This document shows, in pieces, positions 48,605-57,457 of a DNA stretch of 64,000 nucleotides (position 1 is its first letter; each line of letters begins with the position of its first letter). The position numbers and the translations under genes were made by a program. The DNA comes from an uncultured Thermoplasmata archaeon. GTDB lineage: Archaea > Thermoplasmatota > Thermoplasmata > RBG-16-68-12. The notes beneath the pieces were generated by a model. That model was not told the DNA's origin. It made no database searches and worked only from the letters and a program-made list of their open reading frames with translations. The stretch covers positions 544,001-608,000 of the forward strand of contig CAVYJM010000006.1 of assembly GCA_963768855.1 (NCBI GenBank). The letters run 5' to 3'.

Positions 48605-50230
48605 TCAGAAGCCCATCGCGCACCCGTCTGCCCGCGGATCGCTGCCGCCGCAGAGCACTCCGGTGTGCGGGTCGCGCAGGATGATCTGGCCTCGACCGAA
48701 GACCGCGCGGTCCTGTCCGCTCACCCGCTCGACTCGGTGGCCTCGTGACTCGAGCTGTGCGACCGCGGAGGCGGGAATGCCCTCTTCCAGGAGCACCGTC
48801 CCCCCTGGCTCTCCTTCGTCGAGGCAAAGGCGCGGCCGGTCGAGCGCCGCCTGCGGGTCGAGCCCTTCGATCAGGGCCAGGAGGACCTGCACATGCCCCT
48901 GCGGCTGCATGAAGCCGCCCATGACGCCGAAGCAGGCGTACAGGGAGCCATCCGCATCCCGCGTCGCCATGGCGGGGATGATCGTGTGATACGGCCGCTT
49001 CCCCGGGGCGAGGCCGTTCGGATGCTTCGGGTCCAGAGAGAAGTTGGCCCCGCGGTTCTGGAGCGGGAAGCCCGTGCCCTCCGGCACGATGCCCGTCCCG
49101 AAGCCCATGTAGTTGCTGTTGATGAAGGAGCACGCGTTCCCTTGCCCGTCCACGACGCTGAAGTACACCGTGTCGTGCCCCGCGTCCAGCTTGCCGGGCC
49201 CGGCCTGGAGATTCGCCTTCTTCGGATCGATGAGGCGGGCGCGCATCCTTGCGTAGTCCTTCGCAAGGAGCGCGCGGGTCGGGACCTCCGCGTGGACGGG
49301 ATCCGCGATGTACCGGTGGGCATCCGCGAACGCGAGCCGGAGGGATTCGATCAGGAGATGAAGGCGCTCGACGCCGAGCGCGTCGTCCGGGAGCGTGAGC
49401 TCGGAGAGCAGGTTCAGGGCCAGGAGCGCGACGAGTCCCTGCCCGTTCGGCGGGCATTCCCATAGGCGGATTCCGCGGTAGGTCGTGTGGATCGGCTCGT
49501 CCCAGGTCGAGTGGTGGGCGGCGAGGTCCCCCGTCGTCATCACGCCACCGGACGCCTGCACGGCCGCCGCGATCTTCTTCGCGATCTCTCCCTCGTAGAA
49601 CGCCTCCTTGCCCTGCGCCGCGATCGCGCGGAAGGTGTGCGCGAGCCCGGGGTTCCGGAAGACCTCCCCGGCTTTCGGAGCCCGACCGTCGAGCAGGAGT
49701 TGCCTCCCGCCCAACGCCGAGGCGAGCTGCCGCTTCGCGCCGCCAGCCCAGTAGTACGCGGTGAGGGGAGCGACGGGGAATCCCGCCTCGGCCGCGCGGA
49801 TGGCGGGGGCGAGGATGCGCTCCATCGGGAGCGAGCCGTGCCGCTCGATCAGGTCGCACCAGCCCGCGCATGCGCCGGGGACCGTGACATTGTGCGCATG
49901 CAGCGGCGGGAGGTTCGGGACCAGGCCCTGCTCCCGCAGCAGGTCGATCGTCAGCCGCTGGGGTGCGCGCCCCGATCCGTTGAGGGCCGTGATCTTCCCC
50001 GAGCCCGCCTCGTAGAACAGCGCGAAACAGTCGCCGCCAAGGCCCGTCGAGGTCGGCTCCGTGAGCGCGAGCATGGCCGCGGTCGCGACGGCGGCGTCCG
50101 CGGCGTTTCCTCCCTCCCGCAGGGTCGCGACGCCCGCCTCCGTGGCGAGGGGCTGGCTCGAGGCCACCATGCCGTTCGTGGCGAAGACCGGCGACCGTCG
50201 TGAATCGAACGAGAGGGGGGGTTCGGACAT
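48605..50230 (-). CDS. ggt: Gamma-glutamyltransferase
   Basis: GMVASSQPLA, GGNAADAA, PPNGQG, DTVYFSVVD (nucleophilic Thr), KRPYHTIIP, GVMGGFMQPQG, SDPRADG. Confidence 0.95.
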   Translation of the reverse strand: MSEPPLSFDSRRSPVFATNGMVASSQPLATEAGVATLREGGNAADAAVATAAMLALTEPTSTGLGGDCFALFYEAGSGKITALNGSGRAPQRLTIDLLREQGLVPNLPPLHAHNVTVPGACAGWCDLIERHGSLPMERILAPAIRAAEAGFPVAPLTAYYWAGGAKRQLASALGGRQLLLDGRAPKAGEVFRNPGLAHTFRAIAAQGKEAFYEGEIAKKIAAAVQASGGVMTTGDLAAHHSTWDEPIHTTYRGIRLWECPPNGQGLVALLALNLLSELTLPDDALGVERLHLLIESLRLAFADAHRYIADPVHAEVPTRALLAKDYARMRARLIDPKKANLQAGPGKLDAGHDTVYFSVVDGQGNACSFINSNYMGFGTGIVPEGTGFPLQNRGANFSLDPKHPNGLAPGKRPYHTIIPAMATRDADGSLYACFGVMGGFMQPQGHVQVLLALIEGLDPQAALDRPRLCLDEGEPGGTVLLEEGIPASAVAQLESRGHRVERVSGQDRAVFGRGQIILRDPHTGVLCGGSDPRADGCAMGF

Positions 50231-50372
50231 GCCTCGACCGCGGGGATGGAATCCGCCTCCCCCTATATGCGGCCTTCCTGATTCTGCGGCCGGGTATGTT
50301 CGATGGGGCCGATTCGTCAACCCATACGTACGGCGGGTTTATATCACGGCCTTTTCCCTTCATCTCGGTGCC

Positions 50373-51095
50373 ATGGCCATGATGAAGTGCCCGGTCTGCG
50401 CCGTCTCCGTGAAGGCGGAGAACCTCGAGCGGCACCTGAGGAACCAGCACCCGCACGAGAAGGTCGACCTCTCCCAGGCTCTGAGCAAAGAGGACCAGCT
50501 GGTCTTCGAGGGGCAAAAGTCGGCCGCGCGACCCGGCATGACCCGTGGCGGGCGACGCCTGCTCGTCGTCGTCGGCCTCGTCGTCGCGGTGCTCGTCGCC
50601 CTCGCGATCCTCTATCCGATCCTCCTTCCGCCGGCCCCATTGAACACTGCGTTCACGGCGACGTCGACGGACAACACGACCGTGAGCACGACCGCGTGGC
50701 GCGGCAATCCCATCCTCGTCGAGTTCATGGACCTCGACTGCCCGTACTGCGCGGATGAATCTCCGGTCCTGGTGTCTCTCTACACGAGCACGGCCGACAA
50801 TTTCACCCAGCGCGGCGTGAAGTTCGTCAGCGTCGACATGAATTTCGAGGGCGCCGCCGATACGGCGGACCGGATCAACAGCATGAGGAGCTCGCCCTCG
50901 TCCGCGTTCTACGGCAGCAGCTGGCCGTACGTCCTGGATGTCGGCGGCACGATCGCGAAGAACTACGGTGCGACCCAGACGCCCACGATCTTCATCCTGA
51001 CCAAGGACGGCACGGTCTACAACAAGTATGTCGGCACGGCGCAGGCGTCCGCCGCCAACCTCGCGGCCGGCCTGACCGCGGCCCTCGGAGGGTGA
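50373..51095 (+). CDS. C2H2-type Zn finger + TM helix + thioredoxin-fold (CPYC) protein
   Basis: CPVC...NLERHLRNQH; TM LLVVVGLVVAVLVALAILYPIL; EFMDLDCPYC; TPTIFIL. Confidence 0.85.
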   Translation: MAMMKCPVCAVSVKAENLERHLRNQHPHEKVDLSQALSKEDQLVFEGQKSAARPGMTRGGRRLLVVVGLVVAVLVALAILYPILLPPAPLNTAFTATSTDNTTVSTTAWRGNPILVEFMDLDCPYCADESPVLVSLYTSTADNFTQRGVKFVSVDMNFEGAADTADRINSMRSSPSSAFYGSSWPYVLDVGGTIAKNYGATQTPTIFILTKDGTVYNKYVGTAQASAANLAAGLTAALGG

Positions 51096-51096
51096 C

Positions 51097-51549
51097 GTGG
51101 CCCGCGAGCGGCTGTCCCGCGGGGACCGGCTCGTCCTCGTGGCGATCCTCGCGTCCGCCGGGGCGGTGGTCGCCGCCTACCTGACATACGAGTGGTACGT
51201 CTCGTTCTCCTCGCCGTTCTGCGACCTCACCAGCTACTTCAGCTGCAGCGCAGTCGGGAAGAGTGCGTTCGCGGCCATCGGGGGCGTGCCCACGGCCGTG
51301 ATCGGCCTCGCGGGCTTCCTGATCCTGCTCGGACTGTCCATCCTCGCGTTCCGAGGCGTGGAGCGGATCGGTCCCTGGTCCACGGACGCCTGGATCCTGC
51401 TCATCGCGGTCGTCGGGTCGCTCGTCGGGCTCGGGCTCACGTTCATCGAAATCTTCGTCATCGAGGCCGTCTGCGTCCTGTGCACGGCCGGGTTCGCCCT
51501 CGACCTCGGCATCCTCGCCACGGCTTGGAGCCTGCGGCGCGGGACGTAG
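51097..51549 (+). CDS. Vitamin K epoxide reductase (VKOR) family protein
   Basis: FCD...FSCSAV Cys pair, GVPTA..G, CVLC redox motif. Confidence 0.9.
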   Translation: MARERLSRGDRLVLVAILASAGAVVAAYLTYEWYVSFSSPFCDLTSYFSCSAVGKSAFAAIGGVPTAVIGLAGFLILLGLSILAFRGVERIGPWSTDAWILLIAVVGSLVGLGLTFIEIFVIEAVCVLCTAGFALDLGILATAWSLRRGT

Positions 51550-51640
51550 TCCGGGATGTTCGAAGGACTGGGCGTCCTGTCGGTCACTCGAAGGATTTAT
51601 GGCGGGGGAGGGACTCCCTCCGTCCGGGGAGGAACGTCCG

Positions 51641-52117
51641 ATGAATCGACGCCGGATCTTCCAGATCGTTGCGATTGCGGGCGCGCTTGCCGCCTATCTC
51701 ACGATCATCATCGGCGGAGACGTCCGCTCATCGGAGGCGGGTCTCGCTTGCGGGGCGAGCTGGCCTCTGTGCAGCGGCGGACTGATCCCGGATCTCAGCA
51801 ACCCCAACGTGGCCATCGAGTTCGCCCACCGGGTGATTGCGTTCGTGACTTCGCTGGTCATCCTGATCACCCTCATCCTGGCCCTCCTGTGGTACCGCAC
51901 GGACCGGCGCGTCCTCCTGCTCGCGATCGCCAGCATGGTCCTCCTGGTTTCCCAGGTCCTCCTGGGGATGGTGACCGTGCAGAGCGACCTGAACGGGGCT
52001 GTCGTCACGGCCCACCTGGCCCTGGGGACCGCCACATTCGCCACGGCTCTCGTCCTCGCCGTGGTGTCCCTCATGCCGTCCTCGCTCAAGCCGGCGATTG
52101 AGGGCGCGCCGAGCTAG
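51641..52117 (+). CDS. ctaA: Heme A synthase, short 4-TM type
   Basis: GG.VR...AGLACG.SWPLC, IEFAHR, Q..LG..TV, VVTAHLALG. Confidence 0.9.
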   Translation: MNRRRIFQIVAIAGALAAYLTIIIGGDVRSSEAGLACGASWPLCSGGLIPDLSNPNVAIEFAHRVIAFVTSLVILITLILALLWYRTDRRVLLLAIASMVLLVSQVLLGMVTVQSDLNGAVVTAHLALGTATFATALVLAVVSLMPSSLKPAIEGAPS

Positions 52118-52120
52118 GCC

Positions 52121-52897
52121 TCACTCGACCAGAAAGTGGATCAGCAGCATCAGGGTGAACGCAATCCCTGCCCAGAGTGCCCACCTTCCGTCGGCGGCCG
52201 CTCGCACGCGCGGGAGGAGCCCGAGGAGCAGGAACAGGAGCGCGAACCCCGCCTCGAGGCCTGCGCCGAATACGACGAGCGCCTGTTCCGCCGCGACGCT
52301 TGCTGCGGAAAACGCGGCCGGGCCGAGCAGGACGACCGGCACGTACGCCGCGGGGAGGGTGGCCAGGCCGGCGAGCAGGCCCGGCACCGCTTTCGGCGGG
52401 CGCCAGGCGGCGAGGATGGCGGGGACGAGGATGAGCGAGCCCTCCGCGAAGCGATGGAGCACGGTCCCTCCCACGGCGGCAGCGGTGAGGGGGAAGCCCG
52501 TCGCGCTCACTCCCGCATATCCCTCTCCGAGGACGAGGCCGTCCGCGAAGCTGTGCAGGGCGACGAACGCGACGGCCGCCCAGACGACTGCCGAGGGGCG
52601 GAGGTCCCCGTCCGCTGACCTCTTGCCGAGGACCAGCCAGCCCAGGCTGATGCCCGCGAGGAGCCCTCCGACCGCGACCCCTGCGCTCACCTCGGGGCTC
52701 GCCTCGAACCGGAGGAACGCGTTGCCCTCGAGGAGGGCGGCCCCCGCGTGCGCAAGCCCGAGGAACGCCACGACGCCGACCAGCAGGCCCCAGAGGGCCA
52801 TCTCGTGCCGCTTCAGCGTCTCGGGGAAGGCGTAGAGGACGACGGCGAGGAGCGGCAGGAGGCCGAATCCGAGCGAGACGATCGCGAGATCGATCAC
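52121..52897 (-). CDS. ZIP-like divalent metal transporter
   Basis: About 8 TM helices; ALHSFADG and VLHRFAEG resemble the ZIP TM4/TM5 metal motifs. Confidence 0.65.
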   Translation of the reverse strand: MIDLAIVSLGFGLLPLLAVVLYAFPETLKRHEMALWGLLVGVVAFLGLAHAGAALLEGNAFLRFEASPEVSAGVAVGGLLAGISLGWLVLGKRSADGDLRPSAVVWAAVAFVALHSFADGLVLGEGYAGVSATGFPLTAAAVGGTVLHRFAEGSLILVPAILAAWRPPKAVPGLLAGLATLPAAYVPVVLLGPAAFSAASVAAEQALVVFGAGLEAGFALLFLLLGLLPRVRAAADGRWALWAGIAFTLMLLIHFLVE

Positions 52898-52904
52898 GCC
52901 CGGC

Positions 52905-53831
52905 TCACTTCTTCAGGCGTGCAGCGCGGGTGGCCCGGACTTGATAGACACCGGCAAGAAGGAGGACGCCTCCCATGACGACGACCATGATGCCGGGGAT
53001 GAGTCCGATCGGGAATCCCGCGGGCCCGGCACTCGGCGTGCCAAGGACGACGATCATGCCCCACATCGTGCTCAGGTGGATTCCGCACCGGTAGGCGAAC
53101 GTCCCGGCCCTCGTCGCCGTGAAGTTGTAGACGAGGGGGTTCGGGTTCCCGAGTCCGCCGAACTGGGCGGACTCGGTCTCGCCCGAATTGACCGTGGAGC
53201 TGTTGTCGAAATCGATGAGCCAGGTGTGGAAGGTTCCGTCCGCGGAGTACAGGGTGAGCGTGATGTTCGCCCCTTTCTCGATGATGAGCGTGGGGCCGGG
53301 CTTCGTGATGTTCGTCGCGTTGAAGCCCCAGCCGCGGGCCGCGTCGCCGTAGAGCGTGTAGTGGGTCGGCGCGGAGATCGTGATGAGGCCCGTCATCCCG
53401 GAGGGATGGATTTGGCACCGGTACACGTACGTCCCGATCCGCAAGGCCGTGAAGTTCCATAGGATGGAGTTGCCCGGCGAGAACTGGGGCGAACTCGGCT
53501 CGTTGCCGTTCGGGATCGTGCTGTTGTCGTAGTCAATGAACCAGGTGTGCGGCAGGCTGTCTGCCGCGATGAGCGTGAGCTGGACCGTGTCCCCGTACGC
53601 GACGGTCAGGTGCGGACCCGGGTTCGTCGTGTTGTTCGTGTCGAATCCCCACCCGCTGAGTGCGTTCCCGTAGAGCGTGAAGTTGTCGACGATCCCCGTC
53701 GAGATCACAGGGGGAACGATGGCTGCGCTCGCCTCGCTCGAGGGCGTGAGCACGAGGAGGCCGACGCCGATGAGGGCTCCCGCGAGGAGGAGCGCCTCAA
53801 GACGTGACCGTGAGGGTGGCGACCATCGCAT
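52905..53831 (-). CDS. Secreted, C-terminally anchored protein with two cupredoxin (type-1 Cu) domains
   Basis: Signal peptide; PHTWF...YRCQIHPSGMTG and FHTWL...YRCGIHLSTMWG; C-terminal TM helix with basic tail; many N-x-S/T sequons. Confidence 0.88.
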   Translation of the reverse strand: MRWSPPSRSRLEALLLAGALIGVGLLVLTPSSEASAAIVPPVISTGIVDNFTLYGNALSGWGFDTNNTTNPGPHLTVAYGDTVQLTLIAADSLPHTWFIDYDNSTIPNGNEPSSPQFSPGNSILWNFTALRIGTYVYRCQIHPSGMTGLITISAPTHYTLYGDAARGWGFNATNITKPGPTLIIEKGANITLTLYSADGTFHTWLIDFDNSSTVNSGETESAQFGGLGNPNPLVYNFTATRAGTFAYRCGIHLSTMWGMIVVLGTPSAGPAGFPIGLIPGIMVVVMGGVLLLAGVYQVRATRAARLKK

Positions 53832-54468
53832 AATGACTGACTCCGCAGAACTGGGTGCAGACGATGTCGTACGTCCCGGGGAGGACGGGCTTGAACCATC
53901 CGGTGTTGTCGTGGCCGGGGATGGCGTCCAGGTGCACCCCAAGAGCCGGGATGAAGAGGGAATGGTCCACATCGACCGACTTGATGACGAGCTTCACGGT
54001 CAGGTTCGATGTGAGCGTGAGCGCCCCGATGCTGTGGACGCTCGTCCCGTTCGTGGAGTTCGTCCAGAACTCCCAGAACCACTGGTGCCCGATGGCCGTC
54101 ACCTGGACGTCCCACGTCTGAGGGACCGTGTCCGTGAACGTCAGGGTCTCGAACGCGAGGATGCCGAGCACAAGGAGGATGATTGCGGGCACAATCGTCC
54201 ATGCCGCCTCGAGGCCGTGGTGGGAGGTCGGGAGGTTCGCCTTGGGAAGAGTCTGCCCCTTTCGGACTCGGAACTTCAGGATCGTGATAACCATCACGAC
54301 ACCGACGAAGACTCCGATGGCGACGGCGAGGATCGCGACGATCCAGAAGAGGCTCGAGATCTGGGCGTCGCTCGTTGAGCCGCTCGCGGCCGAGGCGCTC
54401 GCAGCTGACGTCAGCAAGGCTGCGAGGAAGAGAGTCGTGACGAGGATCAGCCGGCGCGCGCTGCGCAT
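53797..54468 (-). CDS. coxB: Heme-copper oxidase subunit II (CuA)
   Basis: Two TM helices, LEAAWTIVP, GHQWFW, DVDHSL, CTQFCGVSHYAM. Confidence 0.93.
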   Translation of the reverse strand: MRSARRLILVTTLFLAALLTSAASASAASGSTSDAQISSLFWIVAILAVAIGVFVGVVMVITILKFRVRKGQTLPKANLPTSHHGLEAAWTIVPAIILLVLGILAFETLTFTDTVPQTWDVQVTAIGHQWFWEFWTNSTNGTSVHSIGALTLTSNLTVKLVIKSVDVDHSLFIPALGVHLDAIPGHDNTGWFKPVLPGTYDIVCTQFCGVSHYAMVATLTVTS

Positions 54469-54675
54469 CGGCGCGCCGTACACCGCGGTGCTCTAAAGCG
54501 TTTGCGGTTTGCCGAAACATTCGGCGAACCGAACTCGTCTGCTACATGGAGGAAACCTACGAACTCCGTCGTACCTCGCCGAGGCCCGCATGGGGATGTG
54601 GAAACCTTTTTCAACGACGCTGAGGTTCCGGTTTCGGTCGGCCTAACTTGGTCGGCGCGATTTCGAGGTCCAGCG

Positions 54676-56331
54676 ATGGCGGGTGAGGTGGTCGTCCGGC
54701 ACGGCGTGGAGGAGGAGGTCCACCACGAGCGCGTCGGCGTGCTCAAGTGGGTCTACACCACGAACCACCACAACATCGGGATCATGTACATCATCAGTTC
54801 GATCATCTTCTTCTTCATGGGAGGGCTCCTCGCGGAGCTCATCCGGACGGAACTCGCCTACCCGGGCCCCACGATCGTGGACGCGGCCACCTACGACCAG
54901 TTGTTCACGATGCACGGGACCACGATGGTCTTCCTTGTGGCCATCCCGATCCTGGCGGGGTTCGGGAACCTCATGCTCCCGCCGCTCATCGGCGCGAAGG
55001 ACATGGCCTTCCCCCGCGTGAATGCGCTCAGCTTCTGGCTCATCCCCGTTGCGGGGGTGATCATGTGGCTCGGCGTGGCCAATGTCGGCTGGTCCGGTTA
55101 CACGCCCCTTTCCGCGTTCGACAACGGCGTGGGCGTCGACATGTGGATCGTAGGCCTGCAGCTCCTCGGCATCTCCTCGACCGCGGGCGCGATCAACTTT
55201 CTCGTGACCGCGTTGAGGCACCGCGCACCCGGCGTGACCCTGAAGAACCTCTCCCTGTTCGCCTGGTCCATCGTCGCGACCGCGGCGATCACCCTCGTCG
55301 CGACCCCGGTCCTCGCCGCGGGCCTCTTCGTCCTTCTCCTCGATCGCCACGGCGTCACCCACTTCCTGACCCAGCTCAGCGGCGGCGATCCCGTCATGTG
55401 GCAGAACCTCTTCTGGTTCTACTCCCACCCGGCCGTGTACATCATGATCCTCCCGGCGATGGGGATCGTGTCGGAGATCATCCCGCGGTTCTCCCACCGT
55501 CCCATCTTCGGGTACAAGGCGATCGCCCTGTCCACCGTGGCGATCGCGTTCCTCTCCTTCGGCGTGTGGGTCCACCACATGTTCACCTCGGGCATCGACC
55601 TGAGCGCGCGCCTGCCCTTCATGATCATCACCCTGGTCATCGCGGTGCCGAGCGGGATCAAGGTGTTCAACTGGATCATGACGATGTGGGGCGGAGCGAT
55701 CGAGCTCAAGACGCCCATGCTCTTCGCGATCGGCTTCGTCGGGATGTTCGTCATCGGCGGCATCACGGGCGTCTTCCAGGCGCCCATCCCGGTCGACTAC
55801 GAGCTCCACGACACGTACTGGGTCGTCGGCCACATCCACTACGTGCTGTTCGGCGGGACGATCATGGGCGTGCTCGCCGGAGTCTACTACTGGTATCCGC
55901 GGATGTCCGGCCGCATGTACAGCGAACGGCTCGGCCTCTGGCACTTCGCCTTCACGATGGTCGGCCTCAACCTCGTGTTCTTCTCCCAGCTCTTCCTCGG
56001 GCTCGAGGGCATGCCGCGGAGGGTGTACGACTACCCGGCCCAGTATTGGACGCTCAACTGGCTCGCGACGATCGGGGCGTACATCCTCGGGGCCGGTCAG
56101 CTCATCTTCGCCGGGAACATGATGTGGAGCTTCTTCCGCGGGCCACGGTCCAGCCCGGATCCATGGGGCGGGGTTCCCATGACCGGGATGGAATTCGGAG
56201 CCCCCGCGCCCCTGATGCCGGAGTGGTGGGAGAAGCAACAGGCGGCGACGACCACGGCCGTCTCGATGACCGCGGCGGCCGCCGACGGCGCGGTCCTCAC
56301 TGCGTCAGCGGAGCCGCCTCGAGGTCCTTGA
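54676..56331 (+). CDS. coxA: Heme-copper oxidase subunit I, A2 type
   Basis: TMHG, DMAFPR, FWFYSHPAVY (YS motif, no PEVY Glu), WVHHMF, GIKVF, GHIHY, GMPRR. Confidence 0.96.
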   Translation: MAGEVVVRHGVEEEVHHERVGVLKWVYTTNHHNIGIMYIISSIIFFFMGGLLAELIRTELAYPGPTIVDAATYDQLFTMHGTTMVFLVAIPILAGFGNLMLPPLIGAKDMAFPRVNALSFWLIPVAGVIMWLGVANVGWSGYTPLSAFDNGVGVDMWIVGLQLLGISSTAGAINFLVTALRHRAPGVTLKNLSLFAWSIVATAAITLVATPVLAAGLFVLLLDRHGVTHFLTQLSGGDPVMWQNLFWFYSHPAVYIMILPAMGIVSEIIPRFSHRPIFGYKAIALSTVAIAFLSFGVWVHHMFTSGIDLSARLPFMIITLVIAVPSGIKVFNWIMTMWGGAIELKTPMLFAIGFVGMFVIGGITGVFQAPIPVDYELHDTYWVVGHIHYVLFGGTIMGVLAGVYYWYPRMSGRMYSERLGLWHFAFTMVGLNLVFFSQLFLGLEGMPRRVYDYPAQYWTLNWLATIGAYILGAGQLIFAGNMMWSFFRGPRSSPDPWGGVPMTGMEFGAPAPLMPEWWEKQQAATTTAVSMTAAAADGAVLTASAEPPRGP

Positions 56332-57457
56332 GGATCACTTCGGCGAGCTTCGCCGCGGTGTCGTAGTCCCCGGCCTCGAACGCGGCCCGGGCCTGCTTGA
56401 GCGTCTTGCGGATCTCGCTCACGTTGCGGCCCGAGTCGCGGGCCTTCTTCGCGGTCTCGAGCGCCTTCGTCATGCGGTCGAGCGCCTCGGTCCGCGAGAT
56501 CTTGGGCTTGGCGTCCGCAACAGGGAGATCCTCCATGAGGTCGTCCTTCACGGCTTCCGCCTTCGGGGCGGGTTCGGGCGCGGGGGGGACGGGAGGAGCG
56601 GCAGGCGGCGCGGTCGGCGGCGGGGGAGGCGGGACATGGGCCGGCGGTTCGACGGCGACGTCGATGCCGCTCGCCTCGAGGGCCGCCGCAAGGTACTTCT
56701 CCGCCTCGATGAGGCTCTTCTCCTTCTGGGCGAGCTTCTCGCGCTCCGCGGCGAGCCCCGTGAGCTCCCCCTTCAGGCTGTTCTGGAGCTCCACGAAGGA
56801 GTCGTGCTGAGCGACGGACTCCTTCTGGCGGGTGTGCATGTCCTCGGCGATCTTGAGCATCTCCTTCTCCCGGGCCTCGAGGGCGGAGAGCCGGTCGTTC
56901 TGGCTGCGGATGAGGTCCTCCTCGCGCTTCGCAAGGGTCCGCTCGCGCTCGGCGAGTCCCTTCTCCATGTTCGAGAACCGGTCGATCATGTCCGCAAGGC
57001 TGCGCTCCCGCTGCGCCATGAGCTCCTCGCGCTCGACGAGCGCCTGGAGCTTCGATTCGGAATCCTTAATCTGGCCCTGAAGCTCGACCTCGAGGCGCCG
57101 GATGCGCTCCTCGGTCTCCTTAATCGTCTTCTCCCGCTCGTTCAGCGAGCGGGCCCAGTCCTGGACGCGCTTCTCCTCGGCCGCGACCTTGTCGCGGTCC
57201 GCCCTCGTGGCGGCGATGTCCTTGTCGATCGACGCGCGGGACTCCGTCACGTCCTCCTTATCCTTGGCGAACGCGGCGCGTTCGGACTGGAGCTTCGCCG
57301 ACTGCTTCGCGAGGGTCTCCTTCTCCTCGTCGAGCTGGGCCTTCAGCGCATCGAGCTCCTTGGCGCGGGCCTCAAGGGCCGACTTGTTTTCCTTGAACTT
57401 CGACGCGGACGCCTTCACGGCGTCCAAGATGAGAGGGGACGGCTTCTCGGTCGGCAT
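56297..57457 (-). CDS. Long coiled-coil protein, paralog B (386 aa)
   Basis: Same architecture and end motifs as 45884..46945; GGTGA RBS and TTATATA TATA at 57510-57516. Confidence 0.87.
   Translation of the reverse strand: MPTEKPSPLILDAVKASASKFKENKSALEARAKELDALKAQLDEEKETLAKQSAKLQSERAAFAKDKEDVTESRASIDKDIAATRADRDKVAAEEKRVQDWARSLNEREKTIKETEERIRRLEVELQGQIKDSESKLQALVEREELMAQRERSLADMIDRFSNMEKGLAERERTLAKREEDLIRSQNDRLSALEAREKEMLKIAEDMHTRQKESVAQHDSFVELQNSLKGELTGLAAEREKLAQKEKSLIEAEKYLAAALEASGIDVAVEPPAHVPPPPPPTAPPAAPPVPPAPEPAPKAEAVKDDLMEDLPVADAKPKISRTEALDRMTKALETAKKARDSGRNVSEIRKTLKQARAAFEAGDYDTAAKLAEVILKDLEAAPLTQ

Noticed and set aside
56297-56331. 35-nt convergent overlap of coxA and coiled-coil B as antisense regulation
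   Set aside because: Short 3' overlaps are common in compact GC-rich genomes (also korB/trmB); both tails are low-complexity.
45458-57457. Integrative element at tRNA-Trp bounded by the coiled-coil paralogs
   Set aside because: No integrase or transposase, no duplicated tRNA 3' end, and no obvious GC shift. The paralogs are diverged at synonymous sites, so they are not a recent direct repeat.
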